Source of the DNA: Paramecium tetraurelia | Lineage: Eukaryota | Reading direction: 5' to 3' | Assembly (NCBI GenBank): GCA_000165425.1 | Contig: CT868055.1 | Coordinates: 124,001-188,000 of the forward strand | DNA: 64,000 nucleotides | Shown: in pieces, positions 40,276 through 52,051 of the stretch | Layout of the letters: every line of letters starts with the position of its first letter | How positions within the stretch are numbered: position 1 is the first letter of the stretch | Program-made: the position numbers and the translations under genes | Notes under the pieces: model-generated | Told to the model about the DNA's origin: nothing | The model's database searches: none | What the model saw: the letters and a program-made list of their open reading frames with translations, nothing else

Positions 40276-41629
40276 ATGAAACTTTATATAGTGTTTTTGG
40301 TAATTTGTGCGGTTGTCTCTCAAAAGGAGAACACAGAATTGTCCAAGGAGGACTAGACCCTTTTGGATAGTATGGTTAAGGACAAATTCGGAATGAACGT
40401 CTTAAATGATATACAGAGCGAGTACAGAAAAGATTCTGGTAATAATGTGTTGTGTATTTGGAGAAAAGACGGAGTAATTGTTGAGGATTGAAAGTTTACT
40501 GAACACCATCGAAAGATAGATAGCCTAGGACGAGTAGGACGATCTAGAATAATTGACTAAGGACCAAGAACTATGTATTAAAAAAACGAATTTTATACTA
40601 GACAATTAATAATAAGAGAGTTTGAAAGAGAAGATAGCAGAAGCCCAATATGATCATAGTAGCATCGGTGCAACGATCAGATTGTTGGAGGATGAATCCA
40701 ACAGATATGATACTAGAATAAATGAGAAAGAGAATATCGTGAATGAATATGAATCAACTCTAATTTAATTGGAGGAGATCAGATAACATGAAGTAATATA
40801 AGATAGAGTGTATGAATAGAGTGCCTATTTCGAAATTACCAGAGATGACTCATTTGCCATATGCAGTTTAATCAAGAGAGCCAGATATTTGATTAGGGAA
40901 TTATTACCTAGAAGTCCAAGGAATGTTGCATTTGTTCAGCAATACACTTATGAAGATAATTCTCATCAATTCTCTAGTGCTGATGTCTTGTAATAAATGA
41001 GAGATCTCTAAGTTGAGGCTTAAGAGACTCTCCAAAACAATGAACCATTTCTGAAGATCATAAGTTTTAAATATCAATTAATTAAAAGATGAATTTGTAA
41101 GTGTTTCTACTCAAACTGAAGCAGTTATTGACACTACTAGAGCAAATGCCATCATTAATTTATTCTAATAATTATACGATCAAGTAGACAGTACTAGTAG
41201 AGTGTAATTAACTGCTGAAGATGATAGAGAAAACCTCCATTAAAGAGTTAAGGATCAAATCAATGGAGAATTGGACTATTTACACTTATAAGTATGGAGA
41301 TTCTCTCATCATCATATTCTAGCTCTCCATTCTCTACGATGAATAGGATGGTGTAGAAGCCCACATTGTCGCAGCTCAGATGGATCAGAAGGATGGCGAA
41401 TAGAGATTGGCCAATCTGAAATAGTCTTACTAGGATTTATAAAAGTGCAAGGAGGATTCAAAGGTATTAGAGACACACGAATGACTAGGTTAATTACGGA
41501 GTCAGATCGAAGGAGAGGAAGGAACAATTGAAGTTATTAAGAAAAGCCAGGGATGTGCTATTGAATGAGTTCGATGCTGTGAGATGCTATCTTGAGGGTA
41601 TTCTTAGTCGAAGTTTGAGTCAGGAATGA
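40276..41629 (+). CDS. Trichocyst matrix protein / granule lattice-like secretory precursor
   Basis: Signal peptide MKLYIVFLVICAVVS, DKFGMNVLNDIQ, two acidic coiled-coil halves separated by AFVQ, terminal C...Y..R..ER..QL..LRKA. At least five tiny introns. Confidence 0.75.
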
Positions 41630-41707
41630 TATTGTTATGATTAATCTAAATATTACACAAAAGTCCCAAATGTCGACAATGAGTATATTGATACAAAAAT
41701 ACAAAAT

Positions 41708-42096
41708 TCATTATGCTTCCATTAGAGTGGATTCTCTACTCAACTTGATTTTGCATCTTTTGGACATATCCAATATCAATTGAATGAGAACACAACAAAT
41801 AACAATTAATATGATTGAGAGTACAGTTGCAATTATAATTCGCTTGGATTGGTTATCTTTGCTTTGCAAGCCTACGGTTATTGTGCTATTTTACCCAGCA
41901 AGGTATTGATCGTGGTTCCTTCCAAATAATTTGCAATCTCCAATAGAAACACCTATTAAGTGTTCTGAACTTTTTTCAACTGCTATTCCTAGAATTGTTC
42001 ACTGGAAACTAGTTACAACACTTCAATATTCTCAGTTTCCTCTATTGGTACTTGAATGGAGTAAGTTAAGACTAATATACATATTAAAATAAACAT
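41708..42096 (-). CDS. Small type I single-pass membrane protein
   Basis: Signal-like MFILICILVLTYS, 23-nt intron GTAAAATAGCACAATAACCGTAG, TM helix IIIATVLSIILIVICCVLIQLIL, short basic tail. Confidence 0.7.
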
Positions 42097-42144
42097 GTTA
42101 AATAATTTATGAACGTTTTTGAGAAATGTTATGTATAAAATAAT

Positions 42145-42993
42145 TCATAAAATTAACACCATCACTATTACCATAGAGAGTAGAGTACTAAATCCGTCAT
42201 TCTGACATAAATTGCAACTTGTTCCATTCCAAGTAGCTGAAAAAAAAGTAGATTATAAACAATTGTCCTTTGTGAGGAACAACGTATCTTCGGCATCCTA
42301 ACATTGATCTTTGTCCCACTGGCAAATCTAGAAAGTGCCAGTTTGATCCCCTCGTAAATAAGTGCATTTGGTTTTGTCTGTTATTTCAATGCAATAGGGC
42401 TCCGAGCATATCTCTTTCTCGGAGTCCCACCTACAACTGAAGAGTTCGCATTTCGATTTGGAGATGATGTTCGAACACTTATTGGGATCGTAGGCAATGC
42501 ATCTTCCAACGTTGTCCTCCACAATCCAATCACATACCTCACCATCTGCCTACTTTATAGCTGCCTAATTCTCTATTGCATCCGCAGTGCATACGCCTCG
42601 ATCCTCTATCTAGTTGCAAACATAATATTGATTGTTGTTGTCTTTCTCCTAACATTCGTACTTTCCATCGACCATATTCGTTCCCGCTACACAAGTCGCC
42701 CATTTCTCTTTGCATTTGTTTGGGTCTGTAACATGATAATCGACACAATCTGAAAAAGGCCTGCAATTGCCAACATCATTTATTGCACACCCTATGAACT
42801 TTATGCAATCCTCTTCTGTCTTGCTATCAAATGATTAGCATTGTATTGTGCTGCATGAAAAACCATCCCAATCACATTATTCTGAGCCAATTTTACAATC
42901 ATTTTCACTTTATAATTATTCACATGAACACACATGATCAACAAGTAATTAATTTGTTAATGCAATCAAGCCAATGAATATGCCATAATTCAT
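42145..42993 (-). CDS. Cys-rich, probably GPI-anchored surface protein (mini-antigen-like)
   Basis: 282-aa ORF with signal peptide, CSCEQL start, periodic Cys and CxW repeats (CDWD, CRWD, CQWD), and hydrophobic C-terminus TLLSMVIVMVLIL*. Confidence 0.85.
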
Positions 42994-43049
42994 TAATAAT
43001 AATTATAATTCAATTTTATAGATTATATACATATACATAAATATATGTA

Positions 43050-44017
43050 TCAATCATTAAAAACCTTTATCTATTTCGATATTTTCTTCTAACAAATAGG
43101 ACAACGTATCTGATTCTGAGAGCACTCCACACAACAAATCATGTGAAAACAAGGCTCATAAATTATATTCGCCAGGCTGACTTTGCATTGGAAGCATTTT
43201 AACGTTTGATGATTTTAGGAAATAAGGACATCTTGAATGTTTTGCTTCAAGTATGCCCCTATCTACTTATATAAGAAATGTAACAGGTAACCCACCATTC
43301 CAATCTTCCCCAAAATTTAAATGATGTTTGACAAAAAGAATGAAAAACGGAGCCCAGGATAATCTGAAACCTCAGCCAATTTTTCTTATCCTGTAACATC
43401 TCAACACCTTAGTTTCTGGATTGTGAATGAAGTCCCCAAAAAAATCAAATACTACTTATTATACTAAATAAATCGAATGATATTAATATATACAGGAAGA
43501 CCAGCGATTATTTCTCTCTTTATCAACCCGAGATTGAAGAGTGTCTATCCCCAAAAACTCATATTCTCCTAGAATATCACGAGGGCCTTCTCCAGATTGA
43601 AATTAAACTCATTCAAAGTGCTGACTTAAACTTTCAAATCGTATGCATTTTTAAGTTTGAAAATAGGTGCACGATCAACCACTTTATTTGAAAAAAATGC
43701 CTCCTAGCCCTACCTAAATCCCAATTAAGAGATGAGTAAATAATTCTTTAATCTTGGATTAGTCCATCTCAAACCCTCTGTTCTTTTCGAAGTTCCAGTG
43801 ATGTACATGTGAGTGAAAAACTGTAGTCCTTTCGATTATTGACCTTCCTGTCGAATCTTTGATAGCAAGTAATTTTTTGATGATCTGTCTCCAGACAAAC
43901 TCTTGAATTTAATTATCTAATTGGATTTTAATTATGGCTTACTTGCTTAATTGCAGACTTGGAGAGGTAGAGAATCCCAAAAATTGATCCTAAATAATAG
44001 ATGAATTGAAATTTCAT
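43050..44017 (-). CDS. Membrane-anchored RING E3 ligase, MUL1/GIDE-like architecture; frame disrupted near 43440
   Basis: N-terminal TM FIYYLGSIFGILYLS and C-terminal RING CFQC..ANIIYEPCFHMICCVEC..CPIC. No canonical intron restores the frame across the A7 run at 43438-43444. Confidence 0.65.
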
Positions 44018-44041
44018 TATAGAATAATAACAATTTATATT

Positions 44042-45075
44042 ATGTCAAATAGTTAAGAAAAAGAGTAAGAGCTAAAGGAGATCCGCAGAGAAATGCTCAA
44101 GGATGCAGAAAACCACGCTCAAAAATAAAGGTTTGGACTGTTCTCGTCTCCTGTTCCTTTGGCTTTGGGCGACGACAGCATGGAGATGAGGAAGAGACGT
44201 AAGACAATCAGAATGTACATCTCTAGCTCAAAGAGGAGAGAACGGCAAGCCTATAACGGAGCCGTCCAATATGAAGGTTAGCGCTACTCGGACGGGCAGA
44301 ATCAGATCTTCGTATTTCGGACCTTTGAGTTTCACAACAGTTGGGGATCCATACAAAGATCCAGAATAAGTGCTTGCACATTATGAGAAGGAACAAAAGA
44401 AGCTGTGTAATAAGGAGGCTCCATTCAAGCCTCCCTCGGGTTATAAGGAATTGATGGGGAGTGCCTACTAGCACATGAAGGAATACGATTTCAAGAAGGT
44501 GGAGAGCAGAAAGCAATCTGACGGTCGTGTGTATTCTGCACCTCGGAATGTTACAACGAACCCGAGATGCAAGGTGCTGGACAAATCCATTCACCTACAT
44601 CATGGACGATTACAATAGATATAGCGATTTTGAGAGGGTATTTTTAAATTGCTAGGAGTTAAGAAAGCGAGGATGCAGAGCAAGAGCAAGGAGAAGGAGT
44701 AGCCATTTCGAAGCACTGTGCATGGTGGAGCGACTTTCGAGAGGGACAAAAATTTGTTTGGAGAGACCAAGATGCCAGGTGCAAGTTAGAGGAAGTCTCC
44801 GGAACTGAAGTTGGCCAAGCATGAGTCAGCTTTTCGGCCAGTAAATGGGTTGAAGAAGGGGTTCGATGGGTTGTTTGCTCATTTTGAGTACAAGGCTGAC
44901 CCGATGAGGGAGATAAAGAGGCATTACAGTTCGAAGAAGGAGCGAGAGAGTTTTAAGTAAGGACAGAGGATTATAAAATAATAGACCTGCAGATTTGGGG
45001 AATAAGACGAGACCCAATCCAACTATTTCTTGTTTCAAGATGAACATAAGAAGGGAGATGGCTGCGCATTACTGA
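44042..45075 (+). CDS. CFAP96/C4orf47 (UPF0602)-like ciliary protein
   Basis: RFGLFS..LALGD, YFGPLSFTTVGDPYKDP, PFKPPSG, APRNVTTNP, AFRP...GLF..FEYKADP. Confidence 0.7.
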
Positions 45076-45287
45076 TTTTAGTATTTAATTTTATATAATA
45101 AATAAGCATTATTATATAATAAATATAATCTAAGATTTAGGTGGAAACAATGATGGAATGACGTAGTATGCAATTATTTTTTTTATAATGATTTACATCA
45201 TAATTATTCACATTCGCACTATTCAATTTCCTAATATGAGGATAGATGAGGTAAAATTAAAGGAGGGAAAGGTTTAAATAAAATAAC

Positions 45288-45671
45288 ATGAACATTTTGA
45301 GCGAAATAAAGAAATAAGTGGAAATAGAAATGAAAAAGATTAAGAAGGTACCAACCTCAAATAAAACGATAACTTGTTAATAAAAAAAAGAATTAGTTGA
45401 TATGGTAAATCAAGGAGTGCTCTTGAAAGATGCAGCAAAAGATTTAAACCTTACTTATCATGAGGCAAAAGTAGCCTACAACGAGCAAAGGAGAAAATCT
45501 ATGAATACTCAGAGTGAAACTGAATCTGCTGTCTATAACATGCGGACGGCTGGAGTTAGTGATCTGAAGGTGTTCCCTAGACACTTTTTATTGTAACAAA
45601 GCGTCAACAATACCTTGATATCTGTTAGACGGCTATATAATATATTAGTTTTGAACCCAAAATAATAATGA
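45288..45671 (+). CDS. Small putative helix-turn-helix protein
   Basis: 127-aa ORF. QQKKELVDMVNQGVLLKDAAKDLNLTYHEAK has an HTH-like pattern. Confidence 0.55.
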
Positions 45672-45720
45672 CTTTTAATTTAATTTATAATACTACGTCA
45701 TAAATTTATAATGAACAATA

Positions 45721-47221
45721 TCAAAACAGTTCCAGGGTGCCTTGTTCCTTCTCCTTCTTGAGAGTTTCGAAATAACCATAGATGATAGTGACGGATAAGA
45801 GTATTCCAGTTCCTAAAAGACTTACAAAGATAGAGTACCTGAACCGATGGCTCCCAAGAAATCAGCCAAAATTGTCAGAGCTCCTATGCACATTCCACCG
45901 AAGGAAGCAGCAATTGGGATGTATCTTTTGAGTACATCCTTCATGGAAGAGTCTCTGTATCCAACTATTTACATGTCTTGTTCTTTGAGTTGTTTGGCAA
46001 CCTATATGTTTGAATAGATTAAATACATCTTTTGGTGATGATCCAGACACGTCAATCCAAGTCTTTGAGAAGACTGCACAAGTACCCAGAATGAATGCAG
46101 TATACAAAATAGTGTGGATGGGATCAAAGATGGCTTCGGAAATTGATCTGGGAGGTGAGACATAATAGACTAATCCACCAATGGGTACAGTTTGTCCATT
46201 TTCTAATTCTTACCAATGTCCAAGTAATCTGATTAAGAAATTGCCTCTGAAATTTCTGTATAGGATTTGTGAAAGGAAATAAAGATTGGAAACCAAAGCA
46301 GTTTGGAGGATGATTGGAATGTTTGAGGTATAGAACAATTTGATTGGGTAGGATGTCAATCCTCCTCTGACTTTATTGTTTTTGATTGGAATATCTACTT
46401 TGAATCCTTAGAAGTAGATAACAATCATGAAAACTAATACAGTGGCTAATAAATTAGTGAGATTAGGTAATGAATCTCTCAAGATGGCTGACTAGATTGC
46501 TGCAACCTTATCATCTCTGATAAATAATCCATGGAAGAGTGCAATAATGGCACCTTCGTATTCCAATCCGAGTTCAGTTCTGTGAGTGATTGGTGAGAAT
46601 GCTTTCCACATAATGTTCTCGCAAATGTTGATGGCAATAAATAAGGATGTGCCTGAGTTTCCAATTCCATACCCTTTGGATAGTAATTCATCAATCATGA
46701 TCATAACAATGGCTGAGAAGACTAATTGAATGATGATCAATATAGCATTGCCTGCTCCCAATTTATCCAAATCGCCGTACATTCCAGACCAAACATATGC
46801 AAATGCTTCACCGAAGGCAATTAAGATTCCTAACAACTTCTAAGCTCCTGAGTACAGTTGCTTATCTTCCTTTACATTCTAATCCACGTCGATTAACTTT
46901 GCACCTGCCAACAATTGCATAATCATTGAAGCTGTCACCATTGGAGAAATACCCAATTCCATCAATGTTCCCCTGTTGGATGCCAATATCACTCTTAACC
47001 AATAGAAGGGATCTCCAGCAGATGCCTTGTAGATACCGTAAAGTGGGATTTATGAGCAGATCAAATACAAGAGTGTGGCTATTGCTGTCCATAATGCTCG
47101 ATATTTGAACAAAATCTAATTGTAAATAAGAATAGCATACTCTTCTTTCAGGTTCAGCCACATCTGGAATAATGGCCATTGCTGGTCTCATGTAATTGAG
47201 GATCTTGGTTTTGCTAGGCAT
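45721..47221 (-). CDS. SEC61A: Protein transport protein Sec61 subunit alpha
   Basis: [96 protein letters not shown]. Confidence 0.97.
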
Positions 47222-47292
47222 TAAATTTATTATTGAAACAGGGCCATTTGTCTTTTTATTTCACATCATTCACACGTGTGAATTATATTATT

Positions 47293-47505
47293 ATGGACAA
47301 TATTTAATAAAGAGAAACTTTAGGCTTATTCATAAGATTCACCAGTATCTGCCAAATTCGTTGCGGAGTCTTAAGCTCCAAAGACGACGTGCTTACTAAG
47401 GACAACCATCAATGTTTGGGTACGTAATTAGTTGTAATGTGAATAGAGAAATGCACAAATCACATGATAGATTCCTTCAGAAGAATACAAGATGCATACA
47501 AATGA
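47293..47505 (+). CDS. Small Tim (Tim8/9/10/13, twin CX3C) mitochondrial intermembrane-space chaperone
   Basis: About 61 aa after one 27-nt intron: ...SICQIRC...HQCLEKCTNHMIDSF, a twin CX3C motif. Confidence 0.8.
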
Positions 47506-47532
47506 TCGAAATACATTTAAACAAACAAAATA

Positions 47533-48573
47533 TCATTATTTAATAACTTCATCAAACTTTTAAGATAATTCCTGAAGGATTGTGTTCGAATATTGCATAG
47601 TGTACTTCCCACCCTTCTCAATTATGATCTTATGATCCATCAACTCCTTAAGATTATCCTTCAATTGTATTTTGCTTGATACGATCATCTCATCCGAAAG
47701 AACATCATACAGATCCTAAAAGTTCAATCCCTAAAATTTATAAATATTATATATACATCTCTGCTTTCTAATACTTTCCCTGCGAAATAATACACTATGT
47801 TTTTCTGTTTCTGAGTCATACTCGACAACACATACCACAACCCCTCCTCTTGTTTCTGTTTGCCCACCTAATCCTCAAAAATCTGCAATATCTCCTGAAC
47901 GTATGGTCTATTTGTGTGCACACACGAGAAGAAGGCTCTCTGAATCTTGCATATCATGGGATACCGATAATTGTCGAAACTGCAAGCCATACGAACATTT
48001 GGACAATTGCTCAATTATCCAAGTAACTTCTATGCTTGCTCATTCAATAAATGACGACCGTCTATGCTATGAGCAATAATAATGATCGATTGAGGAGTGT
48101 TCTCAATGCATTTGATGATCTGCTCTGAATTTCTGACATGCGAGTCTATTTTCAACACTTCACTCATCTTCTACAAGAACATCTTCATATTAACTAGAGG
48201 CTTGAATCCCTTCAGTACAAAAAAGTACGATTATGGATTACTCCTACAACACATCAAAATGTAAATACTCCATCAATTCCTTCATCGCCTTCTCAAGCAA
48301 TTCAATCTTGCTCCCTATCCCATATACCAACACATTGAAATCATGATTCACTTATTCAACGATGTCTGTTGACCCTATGATATTCTCCTCGAATTTCTCC
48401 TTCTCAGCTTAATCAACCAATCTTGCTTACAACTTTGTTAGATCAAAGTCAGAACTATCGAATTTTGTGATCTCAGATGTGTCCTTTGTTTTCAGAGAAG
48501 AAATGTAATCCTTCAACTTTCCATATCTCCTTTGATATTCCTCTCTCCCTTTCTCATAAGTTTCCATTTACAT
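47533..48573 (-). CDS. ORC2: Origin recognition complex subunit 2
   Basis: FNVLVYGIGSKIELLE, VLKGFKP, IIAHSIDG, NVRMACSFDN are ORC2-type motifs. Multi-intron model. Confidence 0.8.
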
Positions 48574-48930
48574 TGAATGTATGATTGAGTTGCTTATAAA
48601 TTTTGTAAAATAATAAAAATCAAGCACTCAATTTAATACTTCAAAATAATGGTCACTATTGTTTTGTGATCATATAGTTATTTGTCAATATTTAGTATAT
48701 CAGATATTAATAATTTTTTAACCTTTTTTCATTTTATCAAATTATTAATATTCTTAGTAATGAATCTATTAGGATTATCAGTATTCTTATCCTTAATAGG
48801 GTTAAAAGTCATCAATTTATTTCTTAAATATATTATCCCTATTCAGTATTCAAAACATTAATATCTCCTTGGAAAATTTTGGAATAGAAATGAATCTTTT
48901 CTTTATCTCCAAGGAACCTAGAGCGTATTG

Positions 48931-50259
48931 ATGTCCAGAACATTTGCTGAGGGATCTTAAAAGTATTTTTATTTCTCTGTTCCAATTTATAAAATGATAC
49001 TAGGAAAAGCTTAGCAATTACAAATCTGTATAATTAATTATACAGATTCATTTTACACATACAAAAATGGCAAGTCACACAATGAGGTATGTAATGCAGT
49101 GATAGTTAAAAGCAAAGACATGGAGACTGACAAATACTACTTAATTGATAATGTAACTGCAGAAGTTAAGCAAATCAATAAGAACGGTGACTACATTAAA
49201 AAGTTCAACATCGAACTAACTGGCAAGGCAAATTATAGTGAGAGAGTTGCTAAGGCACAAGGCGTAAATTGCATTTTATCAATCTAGGATTAAGCCTACA
49301 TGCCCTACAGCACCAAAGTGTTACAAACCAAACCCAATCTTTATACTCCTTAAACAGACAAGTTTGATGGTTATGCACAACTGCCTCGCACTTTGCAAGA
49401 ACCCTACATAAACAACACTCGCAAAAGACCCAAGACCACTATCGAAGCCACCAAGTACTTGCTTGAAGGGAAGGAAAAAAATAAAAAGTACTTGATAGGG
49501 AAATAATTGCAACATATAACCGGCACTATTCATGATTACTTCAAGGCCAAGTAGGAGGGCAAAATAGAAATCTTGAAGATGAGGACTGAAACCCAAATGC
49601 AGGATTTCGTATCAGGAGGTTCTGTTAAAATCATTAATGGGCATGAATTGACTCAACCCCAAGTGTTGCACAACCCTCCAGAGAAAAGAGCTTAATCAGC
49701 TTCTAGAATCAAGTACGACACTCTTCCACAAACCACTGAAACTAGGGCATAGACAAGTCAATAGTCAAGAGTGATTGTGCCTCTGGAAGAATAGAAATTG
49801 AAATCCATGCAATCTTATGGGACACTGAATCAGGAGTTGTAAAATACGGAATCTAAGGCTTTATTTTAAAGTAGAACCTACATTCAAACCTCTCAATCTA
49901 AACGAAGTCAGAATGTGATTGACTAAAATGTGTAGTTATACAACATACCTCATTTTTAAGAGAGATTGGATATTTTTAAGAAAGAAATTCAGAGTTTTAC
50001 TCTACCTCAAACAAAGGAGATCAAGTAGATTACTTCCAAAGGAAGATTTAATTGCCACTTGGCTGACAATAAAGAACATTATATGTAGGATAGGCTGATG
50101 ATGAAATTATGTATTGTTTTTATTTTTCATAAAGTTCAACCTGAATAATTTAAGTCGAATGAAAGTCCAAAAAAACAGGAAATGGAAAAACAAAGAAGGA
50201 TTCTGGCTAAAATGAAAGAAACCGACATGTTGACTAGAAATCTAAAATTGAAGTTGTGA
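48931..50259 (+). CDS. Hypothetical protein
   Basis: Coding-like frame (ELTGKANYSERVAK...YTPQTDKFDGYAQLPR) ending at TGA 50257. 5' end uncertain. Confidence 0.55.
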
Positions 50260-50797
50260 ATTACTAATTTACACAAGATGTGTTTTTAATAAATAATATA
50301 TTATTTCAATCTTAAAAATCTTGATTATTATATCCCTTATGAGATACAGTCTCCAGAATAATTCAGATATAGAAAAACAATTCGAACCAAAAATATGCTA
50401 TATTTTAATAAACATAGTTCATCAAGCAATTATTCTAAGACTATAAAATATTTAAGTTCATTCCATATAAGGTCTTCAAATTAAGTTTTGCCCTTCTGGT
50501 CAAAAAATAGTTATAAATCTGTAATGTTGTATCCTTATGGTTTTCTAGTGAATTTATTAAACACAATCTAATTCTTAAAGAATAGTAGTTCTCCATATAC
50601 TTGGCTTGTTACTTCAAATACCCATCCTAAGTAATTCATTGATTAGCAAGGATCAACTCAAAATATTTGAATGCTTAAAACTTGCCTCCTTGATTGAATG
50701 ATAAATGGTTTTGGGCAATTCCAAAAACTTTTCGTTTAACAAGAGAAAAGAACCTTAAGGCAAAATAATAGTGATTAAAATAATATATATTTATATT

Positions 50798-52027
50798 TCA
50801 TTAAAAGTCTTCTAATTTTGGATGAATATATTTATCCCAATCTTTAGGTCTCTCTATTTTACTCTCTCCTTCTAACCACTTTTTCCTTACTCCATTCTCC
50901 CAAACTCCGACTTGACTCTGTCCATCAGACAACACATATCTCCCAATTCCGTGTTACTTCCCCTGTAACCAATACCCTTCATAACAACGACCATCATTCC
51001 ATTTATATACTCCAAATCCGTGCTTCTTATCATTTAAGTACTCTCCATCATAGTACCTACCGTCTGGCCAATAGTAAATCCCTCTTCCATTCATTTGGTT
51101 TTGCAACCAAAACCCCTCATAGCGCTTTGTATGAACCAATCATCTTACCCTCCCATCAGGCCAATTATATAATCCAAACCCATTTAATTTGTTATCACTC
51201 CACATCCCTTTGTAGGTAGAGCCATCAGCCCATTAATAGGTACCAAATCCTGACTTCTTCCCGTATTGATATTAACCATCATATTTAGAGCTATCTGCCC
51301 AAAATTCCCTTCCTTGACCGTGTTACAAATCCTCAAGCCATTCCCCATCATACTAGGCTCCATCAGCATGGATGTACTTCCCAACTCCATTGGCTCTATC
51401 ATTTTTCCATTCTCCTTCATAAAAGTCGCCATCTAAATGCCAAAACTTACCTCTGCCATTCGCTTAATTGTCTTTCCATTCCCCTTCATACTTAGCGCCA
51501 TCAGACCATATTTGAATACCATAACCATCCCTCGTATTGCCTACCCACTCTCCTTCATAAATTGCTCCACTTTTGAACACATGTTTAGGCCTCTTCTCTC
51601 TGGGCCCTTGCTTATTCGTCTCATCCTGATTCAAATCTTATTAGTTTCGTTTATCCATTCTGTCTTTCTTGAAAATACTAGGATCATTCTAAGACTCTTG
51701 GGTCAGTTAAGGTTATTGTATTTGGGCACTGAAAGCAATAACTTAAATAGGTGCTATATCAGGAGTAGCAATAGGCGTGGGAGTTGGATTAGGAACTTCA
51801 GCTTAGTACTTCTATTCTAACTTCTTGTCTTCCACCTTCTTCAACTCAACTCCTTTACTCACTAATTACTCTAATGAATTACATGAACTTTCATCGTTTT
51901 CTTCTTCCCGAGGTTGCTGAGAATACTGATTCATATTCTGAGAACTCTGCTGTCTAACCTCCGATAATACTACCACTTATTCCTCTCTTTTCTAACAACT
52001 CTGACACTACGAGCATTAACTACCCAT
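50798..52027 (-). CDS. MORN-repeat protein with N-terminal acylation motif
   Basis: Starts MGSQCSQCQSC. About 10 repeats of the YEGEW..G..HG.G...W.DG type. Confidence 0.92.
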
Positions 52028-52051
52028 TTTTAATTATAAAAATATATATTA

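Noticed and set aside
47196..47399. Basic ORF ending ...LKLQRRRAY, superficially like a small ribosomal protein
   Set aside because: A different frame gives a clear twin-CX3C small Tim with a canonical intron.
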